Shown here: piece by piece, positions 28,735-38,483 of the stretch | Position numbering within the stretch: the first letter of the stretch is position 1 | Layout: each line of letters begins with the position of its first letter | Origin: Escherichia phage ECp13 | Sequence record: PP274704.1 | Length of the DNA: 64,000 nt | Reading direction: 5' to 3' (one strand) | Program-made: the position numbers and the translations under genes | Notes under the pieces: generated by a model | Database searches by the model: none | Seen by the model: the letters and a program-made list of their open reading frames with translations, nothing else | Told to the model about the DNA's origin: nothing

Positions 28735-29037
28735 ATGTTATACTCAAAGGCTCGTGAAATTTACGAAACTAAAATTAAAGAAGCAGTATTTCAGTTCGCA
28801 ACAACGATGCGATGGACAAATGATTGGGAGTATTCAAAAAATCATAAGAAGCCCATGGTGGCAAGAAAGGCTCATATGTTAGTGTTAATAGACCGTGAGC
28901 AGATTAAAGCCCGAGAAGCCCTCCAGAATCACAAAAAGGCTGCCTTTGAATGGTTTATGGATAACACTGCTCCTGAGACCAAGAAAGCAGTGAGCGCCTG
29001 GTTCAGTGGAAAAAATTGTGAAAGAAGTTTCTTTTAG
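28735..29037 (+). CDS. hypothetical protein
   Basis: ATG at 28735 after RBS GGAGGT; 100 aa. Confidence 0.5.
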   Translation: MLYSKAREIYETKIKEAVFQFATTMRWTNDWEYSKNHKKPMVARKAHMLVLIDREQIKAREALQNHKKAAFEWFMDNTAPETKKAVSAWFSGKNCERSFF

Positions 29038-29039
29038 TG

Positions 29040-29069
29040 GTTTACAAGACTATTCCTCTGTGGTACTAT
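29040..29069 (+). promoter_or_regulatory. early promoter
   Basis: -35 GTTTACA, 17 bp, -10 TACTAT. Confidence 0.6.
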
Positions 29070-29097
29070 ACAACTATCAACTACGGAGGAACAGAAA

Positions 29098-29625
29098 ATG
29101 AACGCTAAAGATATTTTCAACTTGGTAAATTATAACGATGGTAAATTTAAATCTGAAGCACAAAGCAAGTTCTTTAATGACATCTCAATCGGAGGTGAAA
29201 TCACTGTTGATGGAGGACAAATTTACAAATCCCGTTGGAATTGGATCGTTATTATCGATGAGATCGGTATTGTAGAAATTTACAAGAATACGAATAAAAA
29301 TCGTACATTACACTGGTCTCGTGATACTAACGAACAGCACAAAAAGGATAAAGCATCTAAATTATCTCGTGTAACTCAAGAAGATATTGAGTTCATCAAG
29401 AAAGATATTTTAATGTATGATAACTTAATTGCTGAAGAGCAAGCTGTTATTGATAAATTTGACGAGATTAAAGCTTCTCGTGAAATTCCTGATTTTATGA
29501 AAGAATCAGTAAATGAACGATACTCTCTCATTTCAGAGCGTATTGAAACTTACAAAAAGCAAAGAGCTGAACGCCAAAATACTCTTCGGAAGTTTGAAGA
29601 ACGGTTAAAGACGGTACTCGCATAA
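29098..29625 (+). CDS. protein with C-terminal coiled coil
   Basis: 175 aa; RBS GGAGGA; C-terminal heptad-rich segment. Confidence 0.55.
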   Translation: MNAKDIFNLVNYNDGKFKSEAQSKFFNDISIGGEITVDGGQIYKSRWNWIVIIDEIGIVEIYKNTNKNRTLHWSRDTNEQHKKDKASKLSRVTQEDIEFIKKDILMYDNLIAEEQAVIDKFDEIKASREIPDFMKESVNERYSLISERIETYKKQRAERQNTLRKFEERLKTVLA

Positions 29626-29680
29626 CCGCTTTATACCAAGGATGGTATAATGGTTCTAAGCCCTTATAATTGAGATTATT

Positions 29681-30082
29681 ATGAAACAGTTGATAATTAA
29701 AAGATTGAATTTATTGATATGTTGTTTATGTGTAGTAGTTGCATATGGTTATTACGCAATTAATGATTATATGCACTATAAAGATTATGATGTTACTGTA
29801 GTTAATACCATTACAGGAATACAAGGAAAAGGGTCTAGTTTATCGTTTATTGCCGTATATGAACTTAAAGACGGCTATAGATTTAGTGAATATATTTCCC
29901 CAGAGATGTATTCTTCAATAGAAAAAGGTGATAATATTACTGTAAGTTTACGTCCTTTCGACGTAAAACAGACGTGGTTTGATAATATTGTTTGGTTCTT
30001 TGGAATGGCATTAGTTCAGTCTATATGCGGTACTTATATAGTCTGTTCAATCTTATTTAGTGTAATTAGTAAAATTGAGTGA
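29681..30082 (+). CDS. membrane protein
   Basis: 133 aa with N- and C-terminal hydrophobic helices. Confidence 0.5.
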   Translation: MKQLIIKRLNLLICCLCVVVAYGYYAINDYMHYKDYDVTVVNTITGIQGKGSSLSFIAVYELKDGYRFSEYISPEMYSSIEKGDNITVSLRPFDVKQTWFDNIVWFFGMALVQSICGTYIVCSILFSVISKIE

Positions 30083-30089
30083 GGAAAAT

Positions 30090-30980
30090 ATGTCAGTAGT
30101 AATTAATAATGTCAATGCAGTAATTAAATCTTTAGTTAATAAAAAAATGATGAATGAATGGACTGTATTTCGCAGTGCAGAGCCAGATAAATTTTTTCAT
30201 AGATTTAACCCAACTTTGGATTTGAATGTTATCGACAGAGATGTTCATGCTGAAATTTTAGATAAGTTTAAAGTTGATATTGGATTTGGATTAGAAAAAC
30301 ATTTACAGCGAACAAATGGATCTGGAATGAGTTTATCTAATCGCATTATGAAAGCCCTTAATAAAATTGGAGCATTGTCTCGTATTAATGCAAGTGAAAT
30401 CCTTCGTAATTATAATAAAGGATATGACCTTTATGGTCGACTGATGCCAAAATTATCATTCGATCAAATGATTACGGATTTGTGGGAAAATCAAAGACGA
30501 TTATTAGCATTAGGCGCTCGATTAGCTAAAGGTCTAGATAAACAAATGATTTTTAAGACCAATAATACAGAAGACCTTAAATGCTTTAAATTTAGTACTC
30601 GTGGCATTGATTATTATATCAGAGCTCACTCTACAGATTATGTCAATATGGGGCATCATCTCTGTTTAGCTTTTGAAGTTTTAAAAGAAGCTGGAACATT
30701 AGAATATTCATCTGGGGCAAAATGTCCTATTGGTTCAAGTTGTATTTTAATTTATCGCCCGGATGAATCCAGTTCAACTACATTGCCTACGAAACCTGTA
30801 CCAGTTCGTAGTAACGAAAAACATTCTGAACAAATTGATTATTTTAATAAACAGATTGAAGAGCTGAATATTTCTATTCAACAATATGATGATGAAATTT
30901 TCAGACTATCTGGACTGAGTAGTAAAGCTAAATCTGAGCGTGAAAAGTTAATTAAAATTGTCGATTTACTTAAATCTTAA
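30090..30980 (+). CDS. hypothetical protein, member of C-terminal coiled-coil paralog family
   Basis: 296 aa from ATG at 30090 after RBS GAGG; coiled-coil C-terminus. Confidence 0.55.
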   Translation: MSVVINNVNAVIKSLVNKKMMNEWTVFRSAEPDKFFHRFNPTLDLNVIDRDVHAEILDKFKVDIGFGLEKHLQRTNGSGMSLSNRIMKALNKIGALSRINASEILRNYNKGYDLYGRLMPKLSFDQMITDLWENQRRLLALGARLAKGLDKQMIFKTNNTEDLKCFKFSTRGIDYYIRAHSTDYVNMGHHLCLAFEVLKEAGTLEYSSGAKCPIGSSCILIYRPDESSSTTLPTKPVPVRSNEKHSEQIDYFNKQIEELNISIQQYDDEIFRLSGLSSKAKSEREKLIKIVDLLKS

Positions 30981-30988
30981 GGAATACC

Positions 30989-32011
30989 ATGAAAACTCGT
31001 TCTCAAATTGAAGATATGGTTCGTACTGCCAGCGATACTCGTAATGTTATGACATTTTTGTGCGAAAATAATTTAGACCCTGATAAAGTTAATCGTGCTA
31101 TTCATCACTTTAAATATCTAAATAGCAGTGAATGGGTGAGTAATTTTAGTAAAGCGGGGTATATTACACAAATGACGGCTCGTGAGCAGCTCACAGATTT
31201 TTGTAAAACTATTGATTATAAAAATCCTCTATTTGTTCAAGGCGTTGGTCAAAGTAAGGTCGATTTATCGTCTGGATTTTTTAATCCAAATCATTATCGT
31301 ATTGAATGGAGATTTATTGCTCTATTCCGTAAACAATTAAAGCAAATTTTATCAACTGCGAGTCGATTAAAAGGTTCTGATATTAACTTAAAGAACCTGA
31401 AATTTGATGGTTATACTCTTCAGATGGAAGTAAGACCATTAAAAGAAAATAACAGAACTGCGCGAATTAGCTTTAAACCTAATACAAAAAATTCTCTTTC
31501 AATTTGCGAATGCCTTAAATCACAGTTGACAGAAGCATTTAAGTATATGGATGTTGTTGCCGCTGTTCAGTCTAAGATTTTACCTCGTTTTGAGCGATTT
31601 AAATTAGACACAACAACGTATGAACTTGATATGTTCGTTTCATTTAAATACGATTTTTTGAGAAAGGACGAAATCCCGCAAGAGAAAAAGCAGGAAGTGC
31701 AAGATATCTTAAATTTATCCAATTACTCATCAAACGATCCTAAATTTTGGATGTATAGCTCAGGTAATAAGGATGCATGGAAATTCAATAAAGCGAATTT
31801 TCTTCCTATTGAAAATCCGAGTCTTAAACCTGTTGAAAAATGGCACGCCGATGCGATTGAGAATTCTCTTAAAGCAGTAGATGATGAACTCGTTAAAGCA
31901 ACTAATGAAGTGTTAGAAGCTGAAAAGATGCTAGAACAAGCTCAGTCAAGGGTTCAAAATCTGACAAAGCAACGTTCTAAACTGAACAATGCACTAAATG
32001 CACTGAACTAG
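30989..32011 (+). CDS. hypothetical protein, member of C-terminal coiled-coil paralog family
   Basis: 340 aa; N-terminus MKTRSQIEDM; coiled-coil C-terminus. Confidence 0.55.
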   Translation: MKTRSQIEDMVRTASDTRNVMTFLCENNLDPDKVNRAIHHFKYLNSSEWVSNFSKAGYITQMTAREQLTDFCKTIDYKNPLFVQGVGQSKVDLSSGFFNPNHYRIEWRFIALFRKQLKQILSTASRLKGSDINLKNLKFDGYTLQMEVRPLKENNRTARISFKPNTKNSLSICECLKSQLTEAFKYMDVVAAVQSKILPRFERFKLDTTTYELDMFVSFKYDFLRKDEIPQEKKQEVQDILNLSNYSSNDPKFWMYSSGNKDAWKFNKANFLPIENPSLKPVEKWHADAIENSLKAVDDELVKATNEVLEAEKMLEQAQSRVQNLTKQRSKLNNALNALN

Positions 32012-32040
32012 TTTACTTTGCCACAAGGATGTGGTATAAT
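32011..32040 (+). promoter_or_regulatory. early promoter
   Basis: -35 GTTTACT, 17 bp, -10 TATAAT. Confidence 0.6.
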
Positions 32041-32068
32041 GTTCTTACTTTCTACTGAGGAGATTAAT

Positions 32069-33070
32069 ATGACTCGTAACGAATATATCAAATCGTTCAA
32101 TAGCGTTATTGATGATAAAGTTAAACCTATGTCTAGTCAGAATAGTGTGATTTCTATTATCAATCAATGGATCAATAATACTAGTGCAAGTATTGTTTCT
32201 TCCGACAAATTTATTTATGAAGTTTGTGAAATTTCTAGTCGTACATATAAAGATGACATTAAGGAAACCTTTAAAGGTTCTCGTCTTCTTTCATACTTAG
32301 TCAACAGAGATATTCTTAGTAAATTTGGGAAAGAAATTAAACGAACTAAAGATGTAGTAGGATATAATTGGTTCGGTGATGTTAATTCTTATCATCTTAA
32401 TAATAAAGAAGACCCTGAGAATATTTTTACTCGTCGTTGGATTAGTAATTTCAGACTTTTCAAAGGACAAATTCTAAAATCAGCTTCTAAATTATGTTAT
32501 GGCGATTATCGTCAAATTCATCCTTTGGCTTCTGATATGATTATCGTAAAAGAAAATGAGCTTGATAAAAATAAAGTAGCTATTTTTGTGAATTATGGAT
32601 TTTTTACACCAAACGCTAACCAAAAGAATATTAATAAATTTTTCTCAATTGCTAGCACTATAACTTATCAATTAGAGGCGGCTTTGGGCTGTATGGAAAC
32701 TGTAAAAAGTATTCATACATATCCTTTCAAAAATATGTGTGGTTGGGAAGGATATAAAATTATAATTAGCCTTCGTGAAGTGAAATGTGCGTACTCACCG
32801 ACTGATAAAGAAATTTACCAACAAAAATGTGAAGAAATTGTGAATACTCCTAAAGAAGAAACTACCCTTGAGGAACTAATGGATAATCTTGATGATTCAC
32901 CTGAACCGGTAGAAATTCGTCCAGAAGTTATTGCATTAGAAAAAGCTTATAAGGAAGTTCTAGAAATTTCTAATAAAGCGCAGAAAGAATATGAGCAGGC
33001 TAAAAGGATTTGGGAAGAATCTGTTAATCGCCTGGATCGTCTTGAACAAGCTTTACAATTAATTAAGTAA
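32069..33070 (+). CDS. hypothetical protein, member of C-terminal coiled-coil paralog family
   Basis: 333 aa from ATG at 32069 after RBS GAGGAG; coiled-coil C-terminus. Confidence 0.55.
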   Translation: MTRNEYIKSFNSVIDDKVKPMSSQNSVISIINQWINNTSASIVSSDKFIYEVCEISSRTYKDDIKETFKGSRLLSYLVNRDILSKFGKEIKRTKDVVGYNWFGDVNSYHLNNKEDPENIFTRRWISNFRLFKGQILKSASKLCYGDYRQIHPLASDMIIVKENELDKNKVAIFVNYGFFTPNANQKNINKFFSIASTITYQLEAALGCMETVKSIHTYPFKNMCGWEGYKIIISLREVKCAYSPTDKEIYQQKCEEIVNTPKEETTLEELMDNLDDSPEPVEIRPEVIALEKAYKEVLEISNKAQKEYEQAKRIWEESVNRLDRLEQALQLIK

Positions 33071-33122
33071 TTTAAAGCCAAGGATGGCTCGGAGTATAAA
33101 TCATTAACCAAGTGAGAAGAAC

Positions 33123-34052
33123 ATGAAAACTCGTAAACATTATATTGATTATTTTGACAGTCTTATTACTAAACACCGTAATTATCAGATCGGACACAGA
33201 GCAGTAATCAATAATATTCTTCGTGATTTCCTTCAATATGTTGGCCAGGAAAATCATATCTGTAAAGATACTCAAAACGCTTATTCTCATTCGTTAGGCA
33301 ATTTGCTTGAATGGTTTAAACGTTCTCGTATGTTATCTTCTACTGTAGCTCGCGATAACATTAAAAACTTTATGAAGCCGAGCTTCATTAAATCTGCAAC
33401 ATCTATAACCGATTTGGTTGAATTTACTATTGTTAACGATGTTAAAAAGACCCACTTGGCTGATTGGTTATCTACCATTCCTGAAACTAAATTTGCTGAT
33501 AAATTTGCTTGTCAATTCAATGACCAAGTGAATATGCTTTTTAAGCATGCTCGCAAACTATTTACCGCTGGTGATGACCGTACAAATACAGTTCATGTTA
33601 AGGACTGGGTTATTGCTGATGAAGTAACACATAAGCCAGGTGGTTCATCAGTGTTAATTAATATCCAGGTTCCTTATTATTACTCACGTAATCTCGGCAC
33701 CATGAACTCTAGAGAAATTAATAAGCACAACAAAACTATTCGTTCGTTGTCTTATAAACTCCGCATGATGTTAAAAATCATGGACGTAGTAGAAATGTAT
33801 GACGAAACCGAAGATAATGGTTCAATGTTATACAGTTCACGCATTCTAATTAAACTGAAGAACCCTAATACATATAAGACAGTTTTAAAAGAGCCTAAAG
33901 TAGAAAAGGTTGATAACCTGAGCGAAGAACGTGAATATCTCAATGCTCGTTTAATTGAAGTTGAAGCTCAGATTGCCGAACACACCAAATCGTTAAAAGT
34001 TCTTAATGCAAAAGCAAATGGTTTACGTAATGCTATTGAGGTGCTGAAATGA
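33123..34052 (+). CDS. hypothetical protein, member of C-terminal coiled-coil paralog family
   Basis: 309 aa; N-terminus MKTRKHYIDY; coiled-coil C-terminus. Confidence 0.55.
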   Translation: MKTRKHYIDYFDSLITKHRNYQIGHRAVINNILRDFLQYVGQENHICKDTQNAYSHSLGNLLEWFKRSRMLSSTVARDNIKNFMKPSFIKSATSITDLVEFTIVNDVKKTHLADWLSTIPETKFADKFACQFNDQVNMLFKHARKLFTAGDDRTNTVHVKDWVIADEVTHKPGGSSVLINIQVPYYYSRNLGTMNSREINKHNKTIRSLSYKLRMMLKIMDVVEMYDETEDNGSMLYSSRILIKLKNPNTYKTVLKEPKVEKVDNLSEEREYLNARLIEVEAQIAEHTKSLKVLNAKANGLRNAIEVLK

Positions 34053-34366
34053 AAAAGCGTCTATTAGAAGATATTGCGGCTTCAAGTAATTCCAGTCTAA
34101 TTAAAATTATTATGGATGGTGAAGAAGACGATCTGGAAATGCGTGGAAAGATTCATGGTTGTGACGATTTAGATTTTAAACCTCCAGCCTGGGATGCTAT
34201 TATGGCTATGGTTGAACGTCGCGAAAGGGCTTCTAAAAACGTTCCTAATTGTCCTGAATGTGGTACTGAACAGGTTCAATTAATTCATTGGCAGACTAGT
34301 ATTCTTCGTTATAAATGCCGTCATTGCAAACACCGATTTAACCGAGAAGAAAATGACAAAGCGTAA
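34049..34366 (+). CDS. zinc-ribbon protein
   Basis: 105 aa; CPECGTEQ...CRHCKHRF two CxxC pairs. Confidence 0.5.
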
Positions 34367-34595
34367 AGAATATATGGAGACTGCTGAAAAGGCAGTCCGT
34401 GAATTAGCAATAGCGTATTATAATGAACATGGTAAATTTCCTGATAGATACAGCGTGCTTAAATCTGCTTTAACTCGTTCATATAAAAATATGCTATCAG
34501 AAGTAAGTGATATTATATACAAACATAAAGAACAAACGGGCCAAAGTCTTGATTACGACGAGACTTTTAAACAAGTACTAGGAATTAAGGAATAA
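34353..34595 (+). CDS. hypothetical protein
   Basis: 80 aa; translationally coupled upstream of nrdC. Confidence 0.5.
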
Positions 34596-34596
34596 T

Positions 34597-34860
34597 ATGT
34601 TTAAAGTATATGGTTATGATAGCAACATCCATAAATGCGTGTATTGCGATAATGCAAAACGTCTTTTGACTGTAAAGAAACAGCCATTTGAATTTATCAA
34701 CATTATGCCGGAAAAAGGTGTTTTTGATGATGAGAAAATCGCTGAGCTTCTGACGAAACTAGGTCGTGATACTCAAATTGGTTTGACGATGCCACAAGTA
34801 TTTGCTCCTGATGGAAGTCATATTGGCGGATTTGACCAATTGCGGGAATACTTTAAATGA
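34597..34860 (+). CDS. nrdC: thioredoxin/glutaredoxin NrdC
   Basis: 87 aa; MFKVYGYDSNIHKCVYCDNAKRLL... matches recalled T4 thioredoxin. Confidence 0.92.
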   Translation: MFKVYGYDSNIHKCVYCDNAKRLLTVKKQPFEFINIMPEKGVFDDEKIAELLTKLGRDTQIGLTMPQVFAPDGSHIGGFDQLREYFK

Positions 34861-35072
34861 TGCTCGAAGGAACTGATTATATCCATGACTACCGCGGAAG
34901 CGCGGTATATGTAGGTGATGAAGTTGCAGTTTACTATGGGTATGGAACTTTGATGACAGCCAAGGTTATTCAAATTAAAAATAACCGTGCTAAACTTGAA
35001 GTTTATTATTCTAATGGTGAAAAGTCTATTTCTAAATGGAAATATGGCGATTGTATGGTCAAATTGGGGTAA
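34857..35072 (+). CDS. hypothetical small protein
   Basis: 71 aa; ATGA overlap with nrdC. Confidence 0.5.
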   Translation: MMLEGTDYIHDYRGSAVYVGDEVAVYYGYGTLMTAKVIQIKNNRAKLEVYYSNGEKSISKWKYGDCMVKLG

Positions 35073-35074
35073 AT

Positions 35075-35245
35075 ATGATTTACGATATTAGTGCATCAAG
35101 AACTCCGTCAATGGTTACTATTCCTGCTGAAGAATTAGATCGTCTTCAGAAAATTGAAGAACTTCTTTGGGAAATTGAATCTGATTTGCCATCAGGACTA
35201 GAATCCTGGATTGATTATGAAGAACTTAATAAATTGCGAAATTAA
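35075..35245 (+). CDS. hypothetical small acidic protein
   Basis: 56 aa from ATG at 35075. Confidence 0.4.
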   Translation: MIYDISASRTPSMVTIPAEELDRLQKIEELLWEIESDLPSGLESWIDYEELNKLRN

Positions 35246-35255
35246 TTGGTGAAAA

Positions 35256-35576
35256 ATGACTATTGAAAATAAATTAGATGTTGATGCAGTTCTGAGTGAA
35301 ATCATCGAAGACCATGATGCATTTTCAGAAAATTATGATTTCGATTTTTCGGATTATCTTAAACCTATCGAAATAGAAGACTGGGTGCAAGATGGTAAAT
35401 GCCAATATCGTCAGTGCATTTATTTTAGTCCAAAACATAACGTTCATGTGTCTGTAAATGAAACTCGCTCAGGTTCTTACCATTCTGACTGGTATTATGC
35501 AGTTCCGACTGTTGAACTAGTCGAGCCCCGTGAACGTGTAGTAACTCAGACAGTACGAGAATGGATTACGCTATAA
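35256..35576 (+). CDS. hypothetical protein
   Basis: 106 aa. Confidence 0.5.
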   Translation: MTIENKLDVDAVLSEIIEDHDAFSENYDFDFSDYLKPIEIEDWVQDGKCQYRQCIYFSPKHNVHVSVNETRSGSYHSDWYYAVPTVELVEPRERVVTQTVREWITL

Positions 35577-35716
35577 AACCTTGGTGGGCGGCTAGATGGG
35601 AAACAGTAGAGCCAGAGCCGGAAGAACCGGTTTACACTGATGAAGAAACAGTATATAATGAACCAACGATAAATGACTTAATTGATATGGAGATGGGACA
35701 TGATTACAGTAGATAA
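35561..35716 (+). CDS. possible small overlapping ORF
   Basis: 51-aa acidic ORF in alternate frame bridging two genes (hand-translated). Confidence 0.25.
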   Translation: MDYAIKPWWAARWETVEPEPEEPVYTDEETVYNEPTINDLIDMEMGHDYSR

Positions 35717-36146
35717 GTGGTTTAGAATTAATCGTGCTGATAAAGGGCTGTGTAATTATTGGCCGGAACTTAGTGCAGGTACTGTCTTTAAAGTTCGTGA
35801 ACTTGCAAAAGAATGCGAAGATGATATAGAACCTGATACTGGAATTATTGAAATTGAACTTTCTGATGGAAAGATTATTAACATCTATGATAAGCCAATT
35901 ACGTATTGGTGCTTGTGGAATACTGAATCAGTAGAAAATGGCGAAATTGAAGAGGTCGTAGAACGAGTTGATCAAGTTATTCATAAACCTGAAGCCGCTT
36001 TTCAAGGTGAACGCATTTCATATGCATTAGCTAAATTAGCTGCACAAGAAAATAACGATGGTTATGAAGGAAATTTAATGCAAGCTGCGGCAGAATATAT
36101 TGAATGGCTTGAAACTCAAAATTCTTTTTCTGACCGAGCGTTTTAA
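35700..36146 (+). CDS. hypothetical protein
   Basis: 148 aa from ATG at 35700; ORF-track start at 35682 is TTG. Confidence 0.5.
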   Translation: MITVDKWFRINRADKGLCNYWPELSAGTVFKVRELAKECEDDIEPDTGIIEIELSDGKIINIYDKPITYWCLWNTESVENGEIEEVVERVDQVIHKPEAAFQGERISYALAKLAAQENNDGYEGNLMQAAAEYIEWLETQNSFSDRAF

Positions 36147-36166
36147 TACTTGAAAATAATAAATAC

Positions 36167-36196
36167 CCTTATCTATTCAAGGTAAGGGTTTTATTA
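36167..36196 (+). promoter_or_regulatory. hairpin over the gene 49 translation initiation region
   Basis: CCCTTA / TAAGGG 6-bp stem overlapping the RBS just before the ATG at 36196. Confidence 0.4.
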
Positions 36197-36669
36197 TGTT
36201 ATTGACTGGCAAATTATACAAAGAAGAAAAACAAAAATTTTATAATGCACAAAATGGTAAATGCTTAATTTGCCAACGAGAACTAAATCCTGATGTTCAA
36301 GCTAATCACCTTGACCATGACCATGAATTAAATGGACCAAAAGCAGGAAAGGTACGTGGATTGCTCTGTAATCTTTGCAATGCAGCGGAAGGTCAAATGA
36401 AGCATAAATTTAATCGTTCTGGCTTAAAGGGACAAGGTGTTGATTATCTTGAATGGTTAGAAAATTTACTTACTTATTTAAAATCCGATTACACCCAAAA
36501 TAATATTCACCCTAACTTCGTTGGAGATAAATCAAAGGAATTTTCTCGTTTAGGAAAAGAGGAAATGATGGCTGAGATGCTTCAAAGAGGATTTGAATAT
36601 AATGAATCTGACACCAAAACACAATTAATAGCTTCATTTAAGAAGCAGCTTAGAAAGAGTTTAAAATGA
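36196..36669 (+). CDS. 49: endonuclease VII (Holliday junction resolvase)
   Basis: 157 aa; MLLTGKLYKEEKQKFYNAQNGKCLICQREL... matches recalled T4 gp49. Confidence 0.92.
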   Translation: MLLTGKLYKEEKQKFYNAQNGKCLICQRELNPDVQANHLDHDHELNGPKAGKVRGLLCNLCNAAEGQMKHKFNRSGLKGQGVDYLEWLENLLTYLKSDYTQNNIHPNFVGDKSKEFSRLGKEEMMAEMLQRGFEYNESDTKTQLIASFKKQLRKSLK

Positions 36670-38483
36670 CAATTGAAAAAGAAATTGAAGGATTGATTCA
36701 TAAAACTAATAAAGACCTTTTAAACGAGAATGCTAATAAAGATTCTCGTGTTTTTCCAACTCAACGGGACCTTATGGCTGGTATTGTGTCTAAACACATT
36801 GCCAAAAATATGGTCCCGTCTTTTATTATGAAAGCGCATGAAAGCGGAATTATTCATTTCCATGATATTGATTATTCCCCTGCTCTTCCATTTACTAATT
36901 GCTGTTTAGTAGATTTAAAAGGAATGCTTGAGAACGGATTTAAGCTCGGTAATGCGCAGATTGAAACTCCTAAATCAATCGGCGTTGCTACTGCAATTAT
37001 GGCACAAATTACTGCGCAGGTTGCTTCTCATCAATATGGCGGAACGACTTTTGCGAATGTAGATAAAGTACTTTCTCCTTATGTTAAACGCACCTATGCA
37101 AAACATATTGAGGATGCAGAAAAATGGCAAATCGCTGATGCGTTGAATTACGCCCAGTCTAAAACAGAAAAAGACGTATACGATGCATTCCAAGCTTATG
37201 AATATGAAGTAAATACTCTCTTTAGTTCAAACGGACAAACACCTTTTGTAACAATTACGTTTGGTACGGGAACTGACTGGACTGAACGAATGATTCAGAA
37301 AGCAATTCTGAAAAATCGTATTAAAGGCCTTGGTCGCGATGGGATAACTCCTATTTTCCCTAAGCTTGTTATGTTCGTTGAAGAGGGCGTCAATCTTTAT
37401 AAAGATGATCCGAACTATGATATTAAGCAGCTTGCTCTAGAGTGTGCAAGCAAAAGAATGTATCCTGATATTATTTCAGCTAAGAATAATAAAGCTATCA
37501 CCGGTTCATCTGTTCCTGTTTCTCCAATGGGTTGCCGCAGTTTCTTGAGTGTATGGAAAGATTCGACTGGTAATGAAATTCTTGATGGACGTAATAATCT
37601 TGGCGTTGTAACACTGAATCTTCCTCGCATTGCACTAGATTCTTATATTGGAACACAGTTCAATGAACAGAAATTTGCCGAATTGTTCAATGAACGAATG
37701 GATTTGTGTTTTGAAGCTTTGATGTGTAGAATTAGTTCCTTAAAAGGAGTTAAAGCGACTGTTGCTCCTATTCTTTACCAAGAAGGTGCATTCGGGGTTC
37801 GTCTTAAACCTGATGATGACATAATTGAGTTATTTAAAAACGGTAGAAGTTCAGTGTCTTTAGGATACATTGGTATTCACGAATTGAATATTCTTGTCGG
37901 TCGTGATATTGGACAGGAAATTTTAACTAAAATGAATGCTCGTCTTAAGCAGTGGACTGAAAGAACCGGTTTTGCTTTTAGCTTGTATTCTACTCCTGCT
38001 GAAAACCTTTGCTATCGCTTCTGTAAACTTGATACTGAAAAATATGGAAGTGTAAAAGATGTTACTGATAAAGGCTGGTACACTAATAGTTTCCATGTTT
38101 CAGTAGAAGAAAATATTACTCCATTTGAAAAGATTTCCCGCGAAGCTCCATATCATTTCATTGCGACAGGTGGTCACATTTCTTATGTTGAACTTCCTGA
38201 TATGAAAAATAACCTAAAAGGTCTTGAGGCTGTATGGGATTATGCTGCACAGCATTTAGATTATTTTGGCGTTAATATGCCAGTAGATAAGTGTTTTACA
38301 TGCGGAAGTACACATGAAATGACTCCTACTGAAAACGGATTTGTTTGTTCTATTTGTGGAGAAACTGATCCTAAAAAGATGAACACAATAAGAAGAACTT
38401 GTGGTTATTTGGGAAATCCGAATGAACGCGGATTTAATCTCGGCAAAAATAAAGAAATCATGCATAGGGTTAAACACCAATGA
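36666..38483 (+). CDS. nrdD: anaerobic ribonucleotide reductase NrdD (intronless)
   Basis: Continuous 605-aa ORF; length matches spliced T4 NrdD. Confidence 0.92.
   Translation: MTIEKEIEGLIHKTNKDLLNENANKDSRVFPTQRDLMAGIVSKHIAKNMVPSFIMKAHESGIIHFHDIDYSPALPFTNCCLVDLKGMLENGFKLGNAQIETPKSIGVATAIMAQITAQVASHQYGGTTFANVDKVLSPYVKRTYAKHIEDAEKWQIADALNYAQSKTEKDVYDAFQAYEYEVNTLFSSNGQTPFVTITFGTGTDWTERMIQKAILKNRIKGLGRDGITPIFPKLVMFVEEGVNLYKDDPNYDIKQLALECASKRMYPDIISAKNNKAITGSSVPVSPMGCRSFLSVWKDSTGNEILDGRNNLGVVTLNLPRIALDSYIGTQFNEQKFAELFNERMDLCFEALMCRISSLKGVKATVAPILYQEGAFGVRLKPDDDIIELFKNGRSSVSLGYIGIHELNILVGRDIGQEILTKMNARLKQWTERTGFAFSLYSTPAENLCYRFCKLDTEKYGSVKDVTDKGWYTNSFHVSVEENITPFEKISREAPYHFIATGGHISYVELPDMKNNLKGLEAVWDYAAQHLDYFGVNMPVDKCFTCGSTHEMTPTENGFVCSICGETDPKKMNTIRRTCGYLGNPNERGFNLGKNKEIMHRVKHQ

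Noticed and set aside
36666-38483. Group I intron and I-TevIII-like ORF in nrdD
   Set aside because: The nrdD reading frame is continuous for 605 codons with no intervening stops.
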